The notes under the pieces were generated by a model. It saw only the letters and a program-made list of their open reading frames with translations. It did not search any database and had not been told where the DNA came from. A stretch of 64,000 nt of DNA from contig NIVC01000396.1 of the NCBI GenBank assembly GCA_002269645.1, positions 542,862 through 606,861 of the forward strand, in the 5' to 3' direction. Positions 1 through 11,866 of this stretch are shown piece by piece; position 1 is the stretch's first letter; the number at the start of each line of letters is the position of its first letter. The translations under genes and the position numbers were made by a program. The DNA is from Macrostomum lignano (Eukaryota).

Positions 1-513
1 CGTGGCCTCGGCAATCAAGAAGGGCTGGGGTGGGGGGCTGACAGATGGGTAGGAGGCTGAAAAAACGAACCGTCTGCTCAGTGCTCAAACTGTGAGGAGG
101 GAAGAATTTAATTTCAAAGCTTCAATCGAAGTTCCATCGCGGCCCGAATTCCCCAATTCCCAACAGCAGTTGCTAGGCGGGGCTGGCAGCAGCAGCTACG
201 TGACAGACTGGCATCGGATTGCGTAACCAGAAGAGCGGCGCAGAAGCGAATAGAGAAGCCTCCTGGTTCCCCGAAAACGGGATCTATTTCCCATTTCTAA
301 GAAAGTGGCCTCTGAAAGCAGGCCCAGGCTAGGCGCATTAATCCCGCAGCTTAGCGGAGAAAACGGCTGCGGGAGAAGCAGCGGCTCCTCAAGCTTCTTA
401 TTATATACATAAAGAGTTTGAGAAGCAATTCCACTGAGACGGCCACCTCAGCCTCATCACAGCCTCAGGCGCTTATGGCGTCAGGAATTGGAAAATAGAA
501 AATAGGAGGAAAC

Positions 514-1320
514 TGAGAGGGCAGCGGCCCAGCTGAGATGAAGCTGCTGAAAGTCTGCGAGGCCTTTCACGCTTGGAAAGAAGCTGGACAGTGAAAAAGA
601 ATGCTTACAGAATAACTGTTAAAAGTGCTTTGCTTACTTGAAATACTGAAAATTGCGGAAATTTATAAATACAGTTTTAAAGTAGATACGTCTGACTCAC
701 AAAGGCAATGAAGATGTTAATGTATCTGGCATCCTGATGGTAGCGCTTGTCCTGAGAAAACGCTTTAATGCACTTTTTGAGCAGGTCGTACAGTTGGCTA
801 TCCTTGCCTCCGCTGGGGTAGTTCTCCTCGGTCCAGGTGACGTAGCTGGGTAAATGTAAGTTTGGTTGTTAGTTGAGTAAAAGCAACCCAAGCCGACAAA
901 CCAACCAGAGGTAGAGATACAACCCAACCCGACAACCGAATCATAGAAAGACAACCCAATCCTACAGCTCAATTATAGAGAGGCAACCCAACCCGACAAA
1001 TCAATCATAGCGGCAACCCAACCGGACAACTCAATCATAGAGGCAACCCAACCGGACAACTCAATCATAGATAGGCAACCCAACCGGAGAACTCAATCAT
1101 AGAGAGGCAACCCAACCGGACAACTCAATCATAGAGAGGCAACCCAACCGGACAACTCAATCATAGAGAGGCAACCCAACCGGACAACTCAATCATTGAG
1201 TGGACGCGACCTGGAAACCCAACCTGACAAACCAAAAAGCAGAAAAAATAGCGGACTCACTCTATGTAAGGCAGAAGCGGATCGTCTCCCGAATAGGACC
1301 TGATTGCCAGCTCCAGCTCT
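514..1320 (-). CDS. BUB1: Bub1/BubR1 (Mad3) family spindle-checkpoint gene, N-terminal TPR exons (partial; both ends unresolved)
   Basis: Hand-spliced exons 1320-1261, 845-701, (645-638) and 583-514, with GT-AG boundaries and consistent phases. They read ELELAIRSYSGDDPLLPYIDYVTWTEENYPSGGKDSQLYDLLKKCIKAFSQDKRYHQDARYINIFIAF...QLHLSWAAAL, matching the Mad3/Bub1 TPR signature (GDDPL...W..Q.YP.GG...RY..D.RY...FY.SWA). Not shown in the ORF track. Confidence 0.85.
880..1200. repeat. Intronic minisatellite, ~30-32 bp unit (caacccaaccggacaactcaatcatagagagg)
   Basis: About 9 tandem copies, degenerate at the edges, filling the Bub1 intron 846-1260. Confidence 0.9.
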
Positions 1321-2295
1321 CTGGAATCGGCAAAGTTGGCAGTAAAATAGTTTTTTAGAAGAGAAAAAATGGCGAGCAAGACAGCAATCGAAAATAAAAG
1401 TTATTTTAGCAGAGCGCAAGCATGGCCAGTGCGCAGACTTTGATGAACTGCTGCGCTTCAAACCAGATGGGGCCAAGTCGTCCAGCCTCCCCCCTCCTCC
1501 AACCAACTGCCCAGCATCCAAACTATCTCCATCTTACTCCTCCCAGCAGACATGAAAGATGCATGGCAGTCAGTCAGTCAGTCAGCTGGACTCGCTGCCA
1601 TTATGTCCTATATCTATTACTTTGTTGGCGGCACCGCCCCAGCTCGCCCCACCTCTTTCCTTTCCCCATAGCGCGGTAGCACTGCTGGATAATTAATGAG
1701 CGGCCGGGTCATTTCTGATCCCAGTTATAAGATGCAAGTGTCGGTGGCGGCGCACCTTGATCGAAGTGGGCTTCACTTCGTAATAAAAATGTTGAAGACG
1801 GCTATTCAAAACCGGGGGGTTGCACGGACTCAGCAGTAAACTCCAGCTCAAGCCAAAACTCTGGTTTACAATTAGCGGAGGCAACACAAGCCACATTTTA
1901 TTGCCCAGTGTACTTTTTACGAATCAATCAAGGACATCAAGTACAATTTTAAGAGCAAAACGCACTTACATAACATAAGGAAAGTTACGCCTGTTAAGGA
2001 TAGGCCACTAAATACTACTTAATATAATGTAAACATCAATAAAAAATCTACATTACATAGTACAGGTACTCAGGATAATTTTGCAACAATGAGGGAACCT
2101 CCCGAATCGATGAAGTAACAATAAAACTTAGTAGAAAACCCGAACATTCGGAGACATTAATCAGTTTATAAAGGCAGAATCGTCATTGCGGCGACTAACG
2201 CGAAGAGTCGCAAGTTCTTTACAGTGCATAATTAATAATTATATACTATAGTTAGATCCCGTGCCAGGAAATCGCCCTAGGACGCCCCTTTCAGA

Positions 2296-3582
2296 TCAAC
2301 AGCCGGAGCCGAAGCTCGTCCTTGAAGCACTGCGACTAGGCGAGCTGACGGTCACGGGCCGGCTGCAGCTCGAAGGTGAGCCGCCGCAGTGCGGCTGCAG
2401 CAGATGAGGGCGCCGATCAGCATCCGTCACAGTGTACCTGGGCTTCTTCGGCGCCTCATCACCGCTTTTACTATCATCCTTATCGCCGTCTGGTCCCGGC
2501 GGCTGCTGCTGTTGAAAGTACTTTAACAGTTCGATAGGCAAAGGAAAAATGATGGTGGAATTCTTCTCAGCCGAGATGCTGCACAGAGTCTGCAAGTAGC
2601 GCAACTGCAAGGCCACGTTGCACTCCGACAGCTCGATGGCGGCCGCCTTCAGCGCTTTGCTGGCCTTCTGCTCGCCCTCAGCCGCGATCACCTTTGCCCG
2701 AGCCTCGCGGGCCGCCTCCGCCTCGGCGGCCATTGCCCGCTGCAGCTGAGTTGGCAGGCGGACATCCTTGATTTCAACGCGCTCAACCTTGACGCCCCAG
2801 GTGTCGGTGGCGGCGTCAAGAGTCTCCTGCATCACTATTGCCGACTCGTCGCGACCTGCCAGCAGTTCGTAGAGGCTGACGGTGCCCAGCACGTTCCTCA
2901 GCGTAGTCTGCGCCAGCAGCTTCGTTGAGCGATTCGAATCTTCCACGTTGACCACCGACATTACCGGATCGAATATTCGATAATAGACAACGGCGTCAAC
3001 CGCCACCGTGACCGAGTCTTTCGTCAGCACCTCCTGGGTTGGCACGTCGAATGTCATAGTGCGCAAGTCCACCCGCTTGATGCTGTCCATGCAAGGCATA
3101 ATGAACACCAGGCCCGGGCCGCTGGCCTCCGAGCTCAGGATCCGGCCGAATCTGAACACCACAGCCCGCTCGTACTGGGCGATGACCTTCAGGCAGACCA
3201 GGAAAGAGAAGGGAAAAGTGACGGCCACTAATGCTACTAGCAGAGCTTGCATAGCGGCCTCGCAGAACTGCATGCGCCGCTGCGATTGGAAAGAGCCGCC
3301 CAGGCCTGAGCGGCCTAAGCGCTCCGGCACCAAAGAGAAGCTGCGCTGCAGGCGCCGCTGATGACGCGATGGACCGCCAGCTCCGCTGCCGCCAACGCTG
3401 CGCCTGCCGTTCCTTTTAGGCGACGCCGACGCCTCCACCGCCTGATCATCGCTGTCGGCGTCCATCGCTTCCTCCTCGTCCTCCTCGTCGCTAGCCGGAG
3501 CTCCCGCCGCGGCAGCGGTGTCGACAGCGCCCGACTTCGACTTGAAGCGGGTATCCGAACTGAAGCTGACGCCTTTAGCCAT
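2296..3582 (-). CDS. STOM: Stomatin/MEC-2/podocin-like SPFH (Band 7) protein, intronless
   Basis: First ATG in the ORF is at 3582 (MAKGV). Hydrophobic hairpin LLVALVAVTFPFSFLVC with the conserved Pro, then YERAVVFRFGR, GPGLVFIMPC, QEVLTKDSVTVAVDAVVYYRI, WGVKVERVEIKDV, AMAAEAEAAREARAKVIAAEGE and LQLRYLQTL..I..EKNSTIIFPLP. Acidic N-terminal extension. Confidence 0.95.
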   Translation of the reverse strand: MAKGVSFSSDTRFKSKSGAVDTAAAAGAPASDEEDEEEAMDADSDDQAVEASASPKRNGRRSVGGSGAGGPSRHQRRLQRSFSLVPERLGRSGLGGSFQSQRRMQFCEAAMQALLVALVAVTFPFSFLVCLKVIAQYERAVVFRFGRILSSEASGPGLVFIMPCMDSIKRVDLRTMTFDVPTQEVLTKDSVTVAVDAVVYYRIFDPVMSVVNVEDSNRSTKLLAQTTLRNVLGTVSLYELLAGRDESAIVMQETLDAATDTWGVKVERVEIKDVRLPTQLQRAMAAEAEAAREARAKVIAAEGEQKASKALKAAAIELSECNVALQLRYLQTLCSISAEKNSTIIFPLPIELLKYFQQQQPPGPDGDKDDSKSGDEAPKKPRYTVTDADRRPHLLQPHCGGSPSSCSRPVTVSSPSRSASRTSFGSGC

Positions 3583-4407
3583 GCTTTTCAGGCCCCAAAA
3601 AACTTGCCAAGTTGACACGGCCAAGAAAAGAGAGCTCGGCAGATAGAACTCCAGAAGCTACAGTCTGCTGGACGCCGGTGCGTGTTGAAGACTTCAGAGT
3701 GGGAAGGCTGCCGCGCCGCTGATTGGCCTCCAATGGCGCCCAGTGACCAGCTGGACCAATAAGGACAGTTGGAACTCAAATTCCGGTTCTTTGACTGGCA
3801 TAAGCCCCCAGGCGATTCTGAGATTATGGATTTTTAAATCTAGCCAATCAACTCCATAGCCGCGAAGCTTTGCAGGTCATTGGGATGTTGCATAACCTTT
3901 TTCATCAGTTAGACTTTGCAAATCAATTGGACGCATTTTCTGTCTCCTTTCCAAGTCAAGATGCGGCGGCTAATCAAAGCGCTAGGAAAAGATCCACATT
4001 CCATATCGTGCGAGATGATTGAAATTAATGCCTATCATTTTCAAAACTGGGCCAATCACAGCCAGAAAGTATTGCATAACTTGGAGAGACCAGGGAGATT
4101 CAGCCAGGGGAAAAATCGCTAACCCCACTTTATCAAAACCTTAAATTCGACTCACTGTCATTTCTACTCATTAGAATAAACATATTTTCAGTTTGAATTT
4201 AATATATTGCAATTATATGAGTTACAAGCAAAAATGCTGCAACATATATATACTCAAAATATATAATAGATAGTCATAGCTTTAGAGGTAATAATGTTGA
4301 TAGGAACAATTGATAAAATGCAACTTTTAAGTACATTTAATTTGAAGTTAACTTTACTAATAAAAAATAACAACATTATTTAAAAAATAACAACATTATT
4401 TATAATA

Positions 4408-5680
4408 TACCAAGGTGTTGCAAAAAAACACTTTAGACTTTCACTATAAAAAGATTGCATGACCTTTTTCAGCATAAATTCTGGTGTCACCTTAACGTGC
4501 ATAAACTTGAGAGTCAGTGGCTACTAAAACTTTCCACACTTGACCATAGCCCACAAAAATGGAAGCCAGAAGGTACAGAGTGTCAGGTCTGCTTGACGCG
4601 GGCATGTCAGTGACAGACATTGCCCATTCAATTGGCATCAGTCGTCAGGCAGTTTATGACATCAGAAGGCGGCTGGAAGAAGGTAAAGGCCTGGAGAGAC
4701 AGCCAGGATCTGGAAGGCCTGCAAAATTGGACTTGAAAGAAGTCAAGCAGATCTTCACCGCGAACCCACTGGCCAAAATGTCCGACGTGGCCAAGGCGGC
4801 TGGAGTTTGCAAATCAACTGTGTCCAGAGCTGTGAAGAAGGCTGGTGGCACTTCTCTCCGTCGAATAGAACGGCCACTGCTGACTGATTGGCAGCGAGAG
4901 GTTTGTCAGGAGTGCTTAAGAAAATTGCTGAATAGCTTGAAGAGTTCGGGGGGAGGAATCTTGATTTTCTCGGATGAAAAGACTTACTGTGGATCCCATT
5001 TTTAATAAGCAGAACGATTGATTTGTTAGCTTCAGCAATGATGACAGAGCAGGTTGGTGCATGCCCACCACCAAGCACCCTACCTCAGTCATGATGCTTG
5101 GTGTTGTGGCCTCCAATGGTGTAGTCATGCCGCCTGTGTGATTTGTGCAAGGCTATTGCCTCAATGCAGCTGCATACAAGACTGTTCTGCAGGAAACTGT
5201 GCTTCCATGGGTCACCAGAATCACGGCTGGTAAGCCTTACATTTTTAGCAGACAGGGCGCATTAGCACATAGCCAATATCGAGCAGAATTGGTTGGCTGA
5301 GAACATGTCATTCTGGGACAAATCCTGCTGGCCACCGCAGTCACCAGATTTAAAGCCACTAGACTTTGCCATCTAGGCACAAGTAGAGTCCAAGGCTTGC
5401 ACCATTTGCCACCCCAATTTTGACTCTCTCAAAGCAAGTGCAACAGAGAAGTGGACAAATTTGCCTACTAACTACATTGCCAAAGTCTGCTTCAGCTTCC
5501 AGCTGCAACTGTAAAAAGTTGTGGCGCCGTGGCGGCCAATGGCGACTACATTGGACTGAGCTGGCACTCTGCCTGCATTTTAATTAACAGACCCAAAAAA
5601 TGTTTGTTTCATGTGCACTATACTAGAGTGATTTTTAGTGAATAGCCTTGTTTTGTCATGATTTTTTACAACACCCAGTA
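4408..5680 (+). mobile_element. Decayed Tc1/mariner-superfamily DNA transposon (DD~37D, maT-like)
   Basis: Imperfect TIRs (TA-CCAAGGTGTTGCAAAAAA at 4408; TTTTTTACAACACCCAG-TA at 5662-5680) with TA TSD. HTH ORF 4559-5005 with GSGRP and FSDEK, continuing through frameshifts and stops to WPPQSPDLKPLDF. Confidence 0.9.
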
Positions 5681-6499
5681 CTCATATACTGCAGAATATT
5701 ATAATATTTTTATTAGCCTTCATAATTTTAATATTTCAATATTTTTAAAAGCATTCATTTTATTCTAAATACGTTTTTATTCTATATTCTTATTGATTTA
5801 GTTTTCCCATATACTTCTATATTATTATTTGCCCCAGCACTAAATAGCCCCAATGCAGTAATAAAATATGCTTCCAAACCATTAACCTATGTAAAATATG
5901 CCAGATCTGACTAAAACTAGTCTTCTATGATATTTAAACACAAAAGAATATTTATAACAAACATTAAAATTATAATGAGTAAAAGTTTTTACAATAAAAT
6001 CATAACAAATGTTATTCTATACAATAAATACATAAATATTGAATATTAGAAAAAAATTATTTTATTATAACAAAAGAAATTACTTCTTGTAATATTTTCT
6101 TGTAATATTAAAAATATTTATATTTTCCATTCTAATTCTATTCTAATAAAAGCAATATACAAACAATTATTTTTAATATAATTGGGATCTATTATCATTG
6201 TTAATAAGTAAAAAGCAGACAATTGATAAATTGAAATGAAACAACAATTTTACAATATATGTCTATCTTTCAATATAATATAGATTCATTAGATTTTTAT
6301 GTTATTCTAAGAGTACAAATAATACATACATAAAACTTTTGCTCTGCCTAGAAAAAAAACATAAAATTCTATATTATAATGTGTTTAATATAAAAATATG
6401 GGGGTTTAATGTAGAATTTTCTATGTAAAATTAATTAAAGCATGAATATAAATTTTATAAAAAATTATGAGGGGGTTCCAAAAGTTAAATTCAATGGAG

Positions 6500-7000
6500 C
6501 CCACATTGAAACAATTATATAATCCACTTTAGTAATAGCCATTTTGGTAATAGCCAGTTTAATAACAGGGCAGATTTAAAATTTTCAACAATGTGAGAGT
6601 TTCCTAACAGACATTTAGATAGACATTCAAAACAATTGTCTGTAACTTTTAACAAAATTGACCTGCTTCAACCATCTTTTTAGCAAATATTTATGCAATT
6701 GTTGGGTATCAAATAAGATTAATTTGTTTACTGAAGTAAAAATCTTTTTGGGATACATTGATTCAAAGATTACTTAGCAACACTCTGATTAGACATTGCT
6801 TTTATGTTGACTGATCTTGTTTCAATTTCATCTGCCTACAAGTAGATGCTAGTTTAAAATGCTTCAATTTACTTTTTATGCATGTCTCAGCTTTAAAATG
6901 ATACCTCAGCCACAACAAAAGACTACGCTGATGCTGAGACACTAAACATTGCTTTGTGCAAACTCATATTTGGAAACTTTACACAGATTTTTATCAGTAT
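6500..7000 (-). mobile_element. Highly decayed LINE RT-like fragment; inverted partner of 8230-8900
   Basis: Reverse complement of the 8230-8640 segment (e.g. caagtagatgctagtttaaaatgc vs gcatttttaaactagcatctacttg). The RT assignment rests on degenerate motifs in the partner copy. Confidence 0.5.
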
Positions 7001-7229
7001 TTGTTTAGCTGCTATGTCCTTGTTTTCTATCAAAAACTCCAATCTTCAGTCATGTCTATATATATACATATAGATAGCTTATAGCTTATAAATGATACCT
7101 TAGGCACTACAAAAGACTGCACTCATGGACTTACAAGAAATGGCAATAGGCTCCATTTCTTATCTGACAGTGAACTCTCCTCAACCTCTTGAGCTATAAG
7201 AGTCACCATATATCCCCTCATGGGATGCT

Positions 7230-7630
7230 ATCATGCATTGCAACCACTGGGATTTCCATGAGATCCAAATTGTTACATGGATGGATTCATCAAAGACAGC
7301 TACAACACTAGCCCTGGGGTCTAATGCCTAGCACACTGATTCTCTACAGTCCCCTTCCAGAATGAAGTCTGCTATCAACTCCTAGGCTGCAGAGCTAAAT
7401 GCAAAAAGTACAAGAGGAGAGACTATTTTCATCTACTCTGATAGCCAAGCAGCCTTATAGGCCCTTTGCCACACCACTAAGAACTCCTAGATAGTTGCTG
7501 ACTGCACCCAGCAGCTCAACCTGGCTAGTAGCAACAATACTGTCATCTGAAGTGGATCCCAGCTGGGTATCCAGAGTTTCTAGGGAACTATAGTTGGTAG
7601 ACACCCTTGCTGAGAGTAATGGCTCTGGCT
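7230..7630 (+). mobile_element. Decayed non-LTR retrotransposon RNase H fragment
   Basis: Interrupted translation shows YMDG..., IFIYSDSQAAL*AL and KWIPAGY..LGN..VDTLA, matching RNase H motifs (YTDGS, SDSQAAL, WIPGH.G..GNE.AD.LA). Confidence 0.7.
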
Positions 7631-7999
7631 CTTTCATTGGCTCTATCCCTTCTATGGTCATCAATTGTCAGATCTGCTAGCAATCATGCACTGCAGTTCT
7701 GTGCCTCTTTCACAGGCTCAGGAATGTCCTTCCAAACCAAAATGGAAAGATATTTGCACCATTGTCATGATCTTTATGTGCCATGGCTACCTTAACACTA
7801 GGTACCATCTTGACTAGCCTACAACTTTGCCTGTTTGCTTTTCATGCCATTGCTAAGCCTTCATAGGCTAGAGGAATAGGCAACACTCACCTTCTTGCTG
7901 TGTCTATGGACCACCTTGCAAAGTCCTACACTCCTACTGCTAAGTAAAAGTAATTAAGTCAAGTCAAGGGATCAATTATTGAAATGTCAACAGGGCTTA

Positions 8000-8900
8000 A
8001 TAAAGAAATTGCTAAAATGTCGAGGCTTACTCATTACTCTTTACTTTATAATAAATTTATACAAGGACTAACAGTGTGCAACAAATAAAAAAATTGACAG
8101 TGTACCCAAAAGCTGTGCTATAGACACAGTCCTAAAACTTTTCTGATACACTTTGTAAATGACTAGAATGTAATGATGATATTTGATTAAAAACAAAAAC
8201 ACAATAGCTGAACAAATATTGATAAAAAATTGATAAAGTTTCTGAATATTAGTTTGCGCAAAGCATTGTTTAGTGTCAAATATCTCAACATCAGATTTAT
8301 CTTTTGTGGTAGTACTAAGGTATCATTTAAAGCTGAGACATGCATTAAAAGTAAATTAAAGCATTTTTAAACTAGCATCTACTTGTAGGCTACTATAGTT
8401 GAAACAATTTCAGTCAATAGAAAAGTGATGTCTAATTAGAATATTGCTAAGCAATCTTTAAATCAATGTATCTCAAAAAAATTTTACTTTAGTAAATAAG
8501 TTAAATATTATTTGATGCCCAACAGTTGCATAAATATTTACTAAAATATAATTAAAACAGGTCAATTTTGTTAAAAGTTAGGCCTTATAGACAATTGTTT
8601 TGAATATCTATCTAAATATCTGTCAGGAAACCTTTACATCTGTCAATATTATATCTTGATAATAATTAACTTTAAAACTATTAATTTAATAATTAATATG
8701 TCAAATATTTTATTGTTAAATACAATTTAATTTTCTAGTTAAACTGTATTATAAATTGTTTAAACTAACATAGATTAGTAATGAGGCAAATATACATATT
8801 CTATGACTATAGTTTTATAAATTCCTTGAAAAAGCATCTCACAATATAATGGCAATTACCAATTGGACTATTACCATTGAAACTGCATTAAATAGGCTTA
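8000..8900 (+). mobile_element. Highly decayed LINE RT-like fragment (AT-rich)
   Basis: Degenerate QG..S.LLFN.FI-like segment near 8000-8070 and KYLNIRFIFCGS thumb-like segment near 8280. Many stops. Confidence 0.45.
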
Positions 8901-9936
8901 AAGCTCAAGTTCAGCCCAATGTAAGAAATCTAGTATCAAATTTAGAATTGAATGGAATTAAAACTCAATGCCTTAAGTTGAATTAAAGGTGGATATTTCT
9001 ATATTGAATTGGTTTATGAGTATTAATAAATTAAAATTTTGTTTTGGTAAAAATGGTATTGTAGAATATACATAAATGCTTTAATTAGTTAATAATTTTA
9101 AAGAAATTATATCACTTAATTGAAGCATAAGATACACATTGGCCTAAGTGATTTAAATTAATAATTTTTTAGCAAATTTTAGACCAATTAATCAATATGA
9201 TAGGCCTAGTGCCTAGATAGTGTCATGATATGTCTAGACCTGACATAACTCAAGGTCTTACAAAAATAGGATTAGTATAAGAAAAGCAGAATAACTTACT
9301 GTCTTTTGTTTTTTAAATATTTTTGGTGGTCTTCAGAGTGACTCTGCGCAAGACTTAAATTTAATTGCTCTACCGACCTTCCTCCTTTTGCGTGTTGAAC
9401 ATTTTCTTTATCTAGCTCCCATTGGTTCTCCATTTGTTGGATTTGACTTCTTACTGTCACTGTTTAATTAAAGCTAGAAGGTTTAGGAAACCTGCGAAAG
9501 AAACACCTTTTTATGTCGGCGGTTAATTATTTGCTACAACAGTAGGTTCTTAATGCGAGTGATAAACAGTTACAGGCGCAAACAATATAAACAAACCATT
9601 CAATGTATTGATTTGCTAACTATAAGCACAACGCACGTGCTAGCATGTTATACAGTAAATCATCTGTATAATATTTTAAAATAGTACTCTTTAGACAGTT
9701 CTTAGCACAAATTTTCAATGTGTTTATGATTTTTCAACTAAAATTTGCCATTTTATAACCAGTAGAGCTCATAAAAACTACTTTAACAAGACTAACTTTG
9801 TTTTAAACTATTTGAAAAATGTTTTGCAGGCCGTAAGGAACCACTATTTAGAATAACAGCAACAAAAATACGCAGCCCCGAATGCAAGGTAACAGGTAGA
9901 GCAGGGCGCATCAGATGGCGCGCCGCAGAGCCTGAG

Positions 9937-10029
9937 CAGGCGCGTAGCCAGGATTCACGTCAGGGGGACAGAGACATCAATCTATCGCCGATGTTAGCGT
10001 CTCCGGTGTCCCCCTTGGCTATGCCCCTG
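9937..10029. mobile_element. 93-bp MITE with 8-bp TSD (hAT-like)
   Basis: TIRs caggcgcgtagcca / tggctatgcccctg, flanked on both sides by agcctgag (9929-9936 and 10030-10037). Internal palindrome ggggaca...tgtcccc. Confidence 0.75.
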
Positions 10030-10199
10030 AGCCTGAGAGCGGCGCATGGGCAGTGTCGGGCGCAGCAATGTCGCATAGCATGCAGGCAGTCCACATATCG
10101 ACGAGTTCAGGCCTGACCCTGCCAGAACTGGCCCTGCAAGGTGAGCAGCCAGGATGTCCTAAAACAGGTTGGGGTTAGTAAGCCCTTGGCCCGGATCAC

Positions 10200-11866
10200 G
10201 TGGCCCGCCAGTTGAAGTCGCCGCCGGCGCACGATGGTAAAGGGTGGTGCAACTTAGCCCGATCGTACAGGGTCCGAGACCCGTCGCTCTCGTCAGCTCG
10301 AAAGGCCGCACGGAGCAGCCCTGAGTGCGCCGAATCCAACTGCCGCTCTAGCGTAGCCGTCAGCGTCCACGTCTCGGTGTTTTATAGCAGAACCGCCGCT
10401 TAACTGCCACAGCCGAGCCCTTGGCGGTCGCTCTGCGCTTCGACTGGAGGACGGCTCGGATCGAACGAAAGGCCGCCAAGGCAAGTCTTCTGCGCCGTCG
10501 GAGGTCCTCTTCCACGTGGGGCACCAGACCGCCGAGGTAGGTGAACCGCGATGGTAGCGTGCGAGCTTGATTATCTGCCCGTCTGCGCCGCGGCACGTCA
10601 GGTCCGCGGTGATGTCAGACGGAACACACAGCACGGTCTTCGGCATGTCGACAACCGGACCGACGCTTGATAATACTAGAAAAGCCTGTCGATCTGGCGC
10701 TGGGCGCCTTCAATGGACGAGGACAGGAAGGCGAGGTCGTCAGTGTAGCCAAGCCCACTCAGGTGCTTTTCGCCGTGGCGGCGACCGATGCGTCTGCGCA
10801 GCAGGAAGCCGTCGTCAGCCGACGGGAGTGCGGTCCGAAGCACTCAGTCCAGCAGCAGCACAAAGAGGAACGGCGCTAGCGTGTCACCCTGCAGAACTCC
10901 TGATGAGGGGTCGAACAGGTCAGACAGGTCGTCCACCGTCACTACAGCAGCTCGGGTGTCGCAATACAGTGCCATGACAGCGTCAATTAGCTGCTGCGGA
11001 ACCCGGTAGGCTCAAAGGACGAAGGGAAGGAAGACACCGAGTCAAAAGTCAACGAAGACAATATTAAGTGTAGACTGATGAATGCGTTCTGCTCGTACCG
11101 CAGTGACGGTCCAGCACTGACTGCAGGCGATCGAGCAGCAGCCGTTTGAAGAGCTTCGCGGTGCAGGACATCAGCGAGATCCCGCAGTGGTCTTCTTTCC
11201 GCGTTGTCCCTGCATTCTTCAGAAGTGGCACGATGTGTGCGACGGACCACTCGGTGGGCGCAGGGACACGCGGCTCATGACGCCTGTGACCTGGGAGGAC
11301 TTCGTCGGGACCGAGCGCCTCGCCGCCTAGTGCTTTCCGAGCGAACAGCACAACGTCCTCCGTTGTGACTGCGCTGGTGCAGAAGTTCTCCTCAGCTGTG
11401 AGCGGCGTGTCCAGTGGGAGCGCAAAACTGGCGGGCAGCGGCGACGCGGGAGCGTTCACGATGCGTTCACGCGATAGTAGCTCCGTGGCCGCTGCTGTGG
11501 CGGTCGGTAGAGCTGGTCGTGGAGCCGCAAGTCGCAGAGCAGGAGTTGATGGATTGACCGGAGAGCCAGGGGAGCCATGGCGTCGCACCAGCGCATGATC
11601 GAGTTGCGCCAGTCTCCTCGTAGCGTTCCGCCCGCGTGCGTTCCGTCGCCTTCTCTTGCAGCCCGCAAAAGTGACCAGGCGGGCAAGGGGCTTGCGGAAC
11701 TGGGTGTTTGCGGACACCAGGTCCAGCCGGTCAAGCAGGTCCTCCAGTGCATCGGTGTTGGCGTTCTCGCGTCCCCCGACAAAGGGCGAGCGCTCGGACC
11801 TCCGCGGGACTGCGTTCAGGTCTCCGAGCACCGCCAGCGTGTCGCGGTTTGGCACCTCTTCTAGCT
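10200..11866 (-). mobile_element. RTE-like LINE ORF2 relic with internal deletions
   Basis: APE endonuclease motifs (LGDLNAV, LAQLDHALV), RT entry (EWSVAHIVPLLK...GISLMSCTAKLF) and C-terminal RFTYLGG...DL.RR..LA.AAF. Confidence 0.85.

Noticed and set aside
9341-9370. Faint resemblance to a flatworm spliced-leader sequence (from memory)
   Set aside because: Short gapped match lacking the terminal ATG and following GT donor; cannot be verified without a search.
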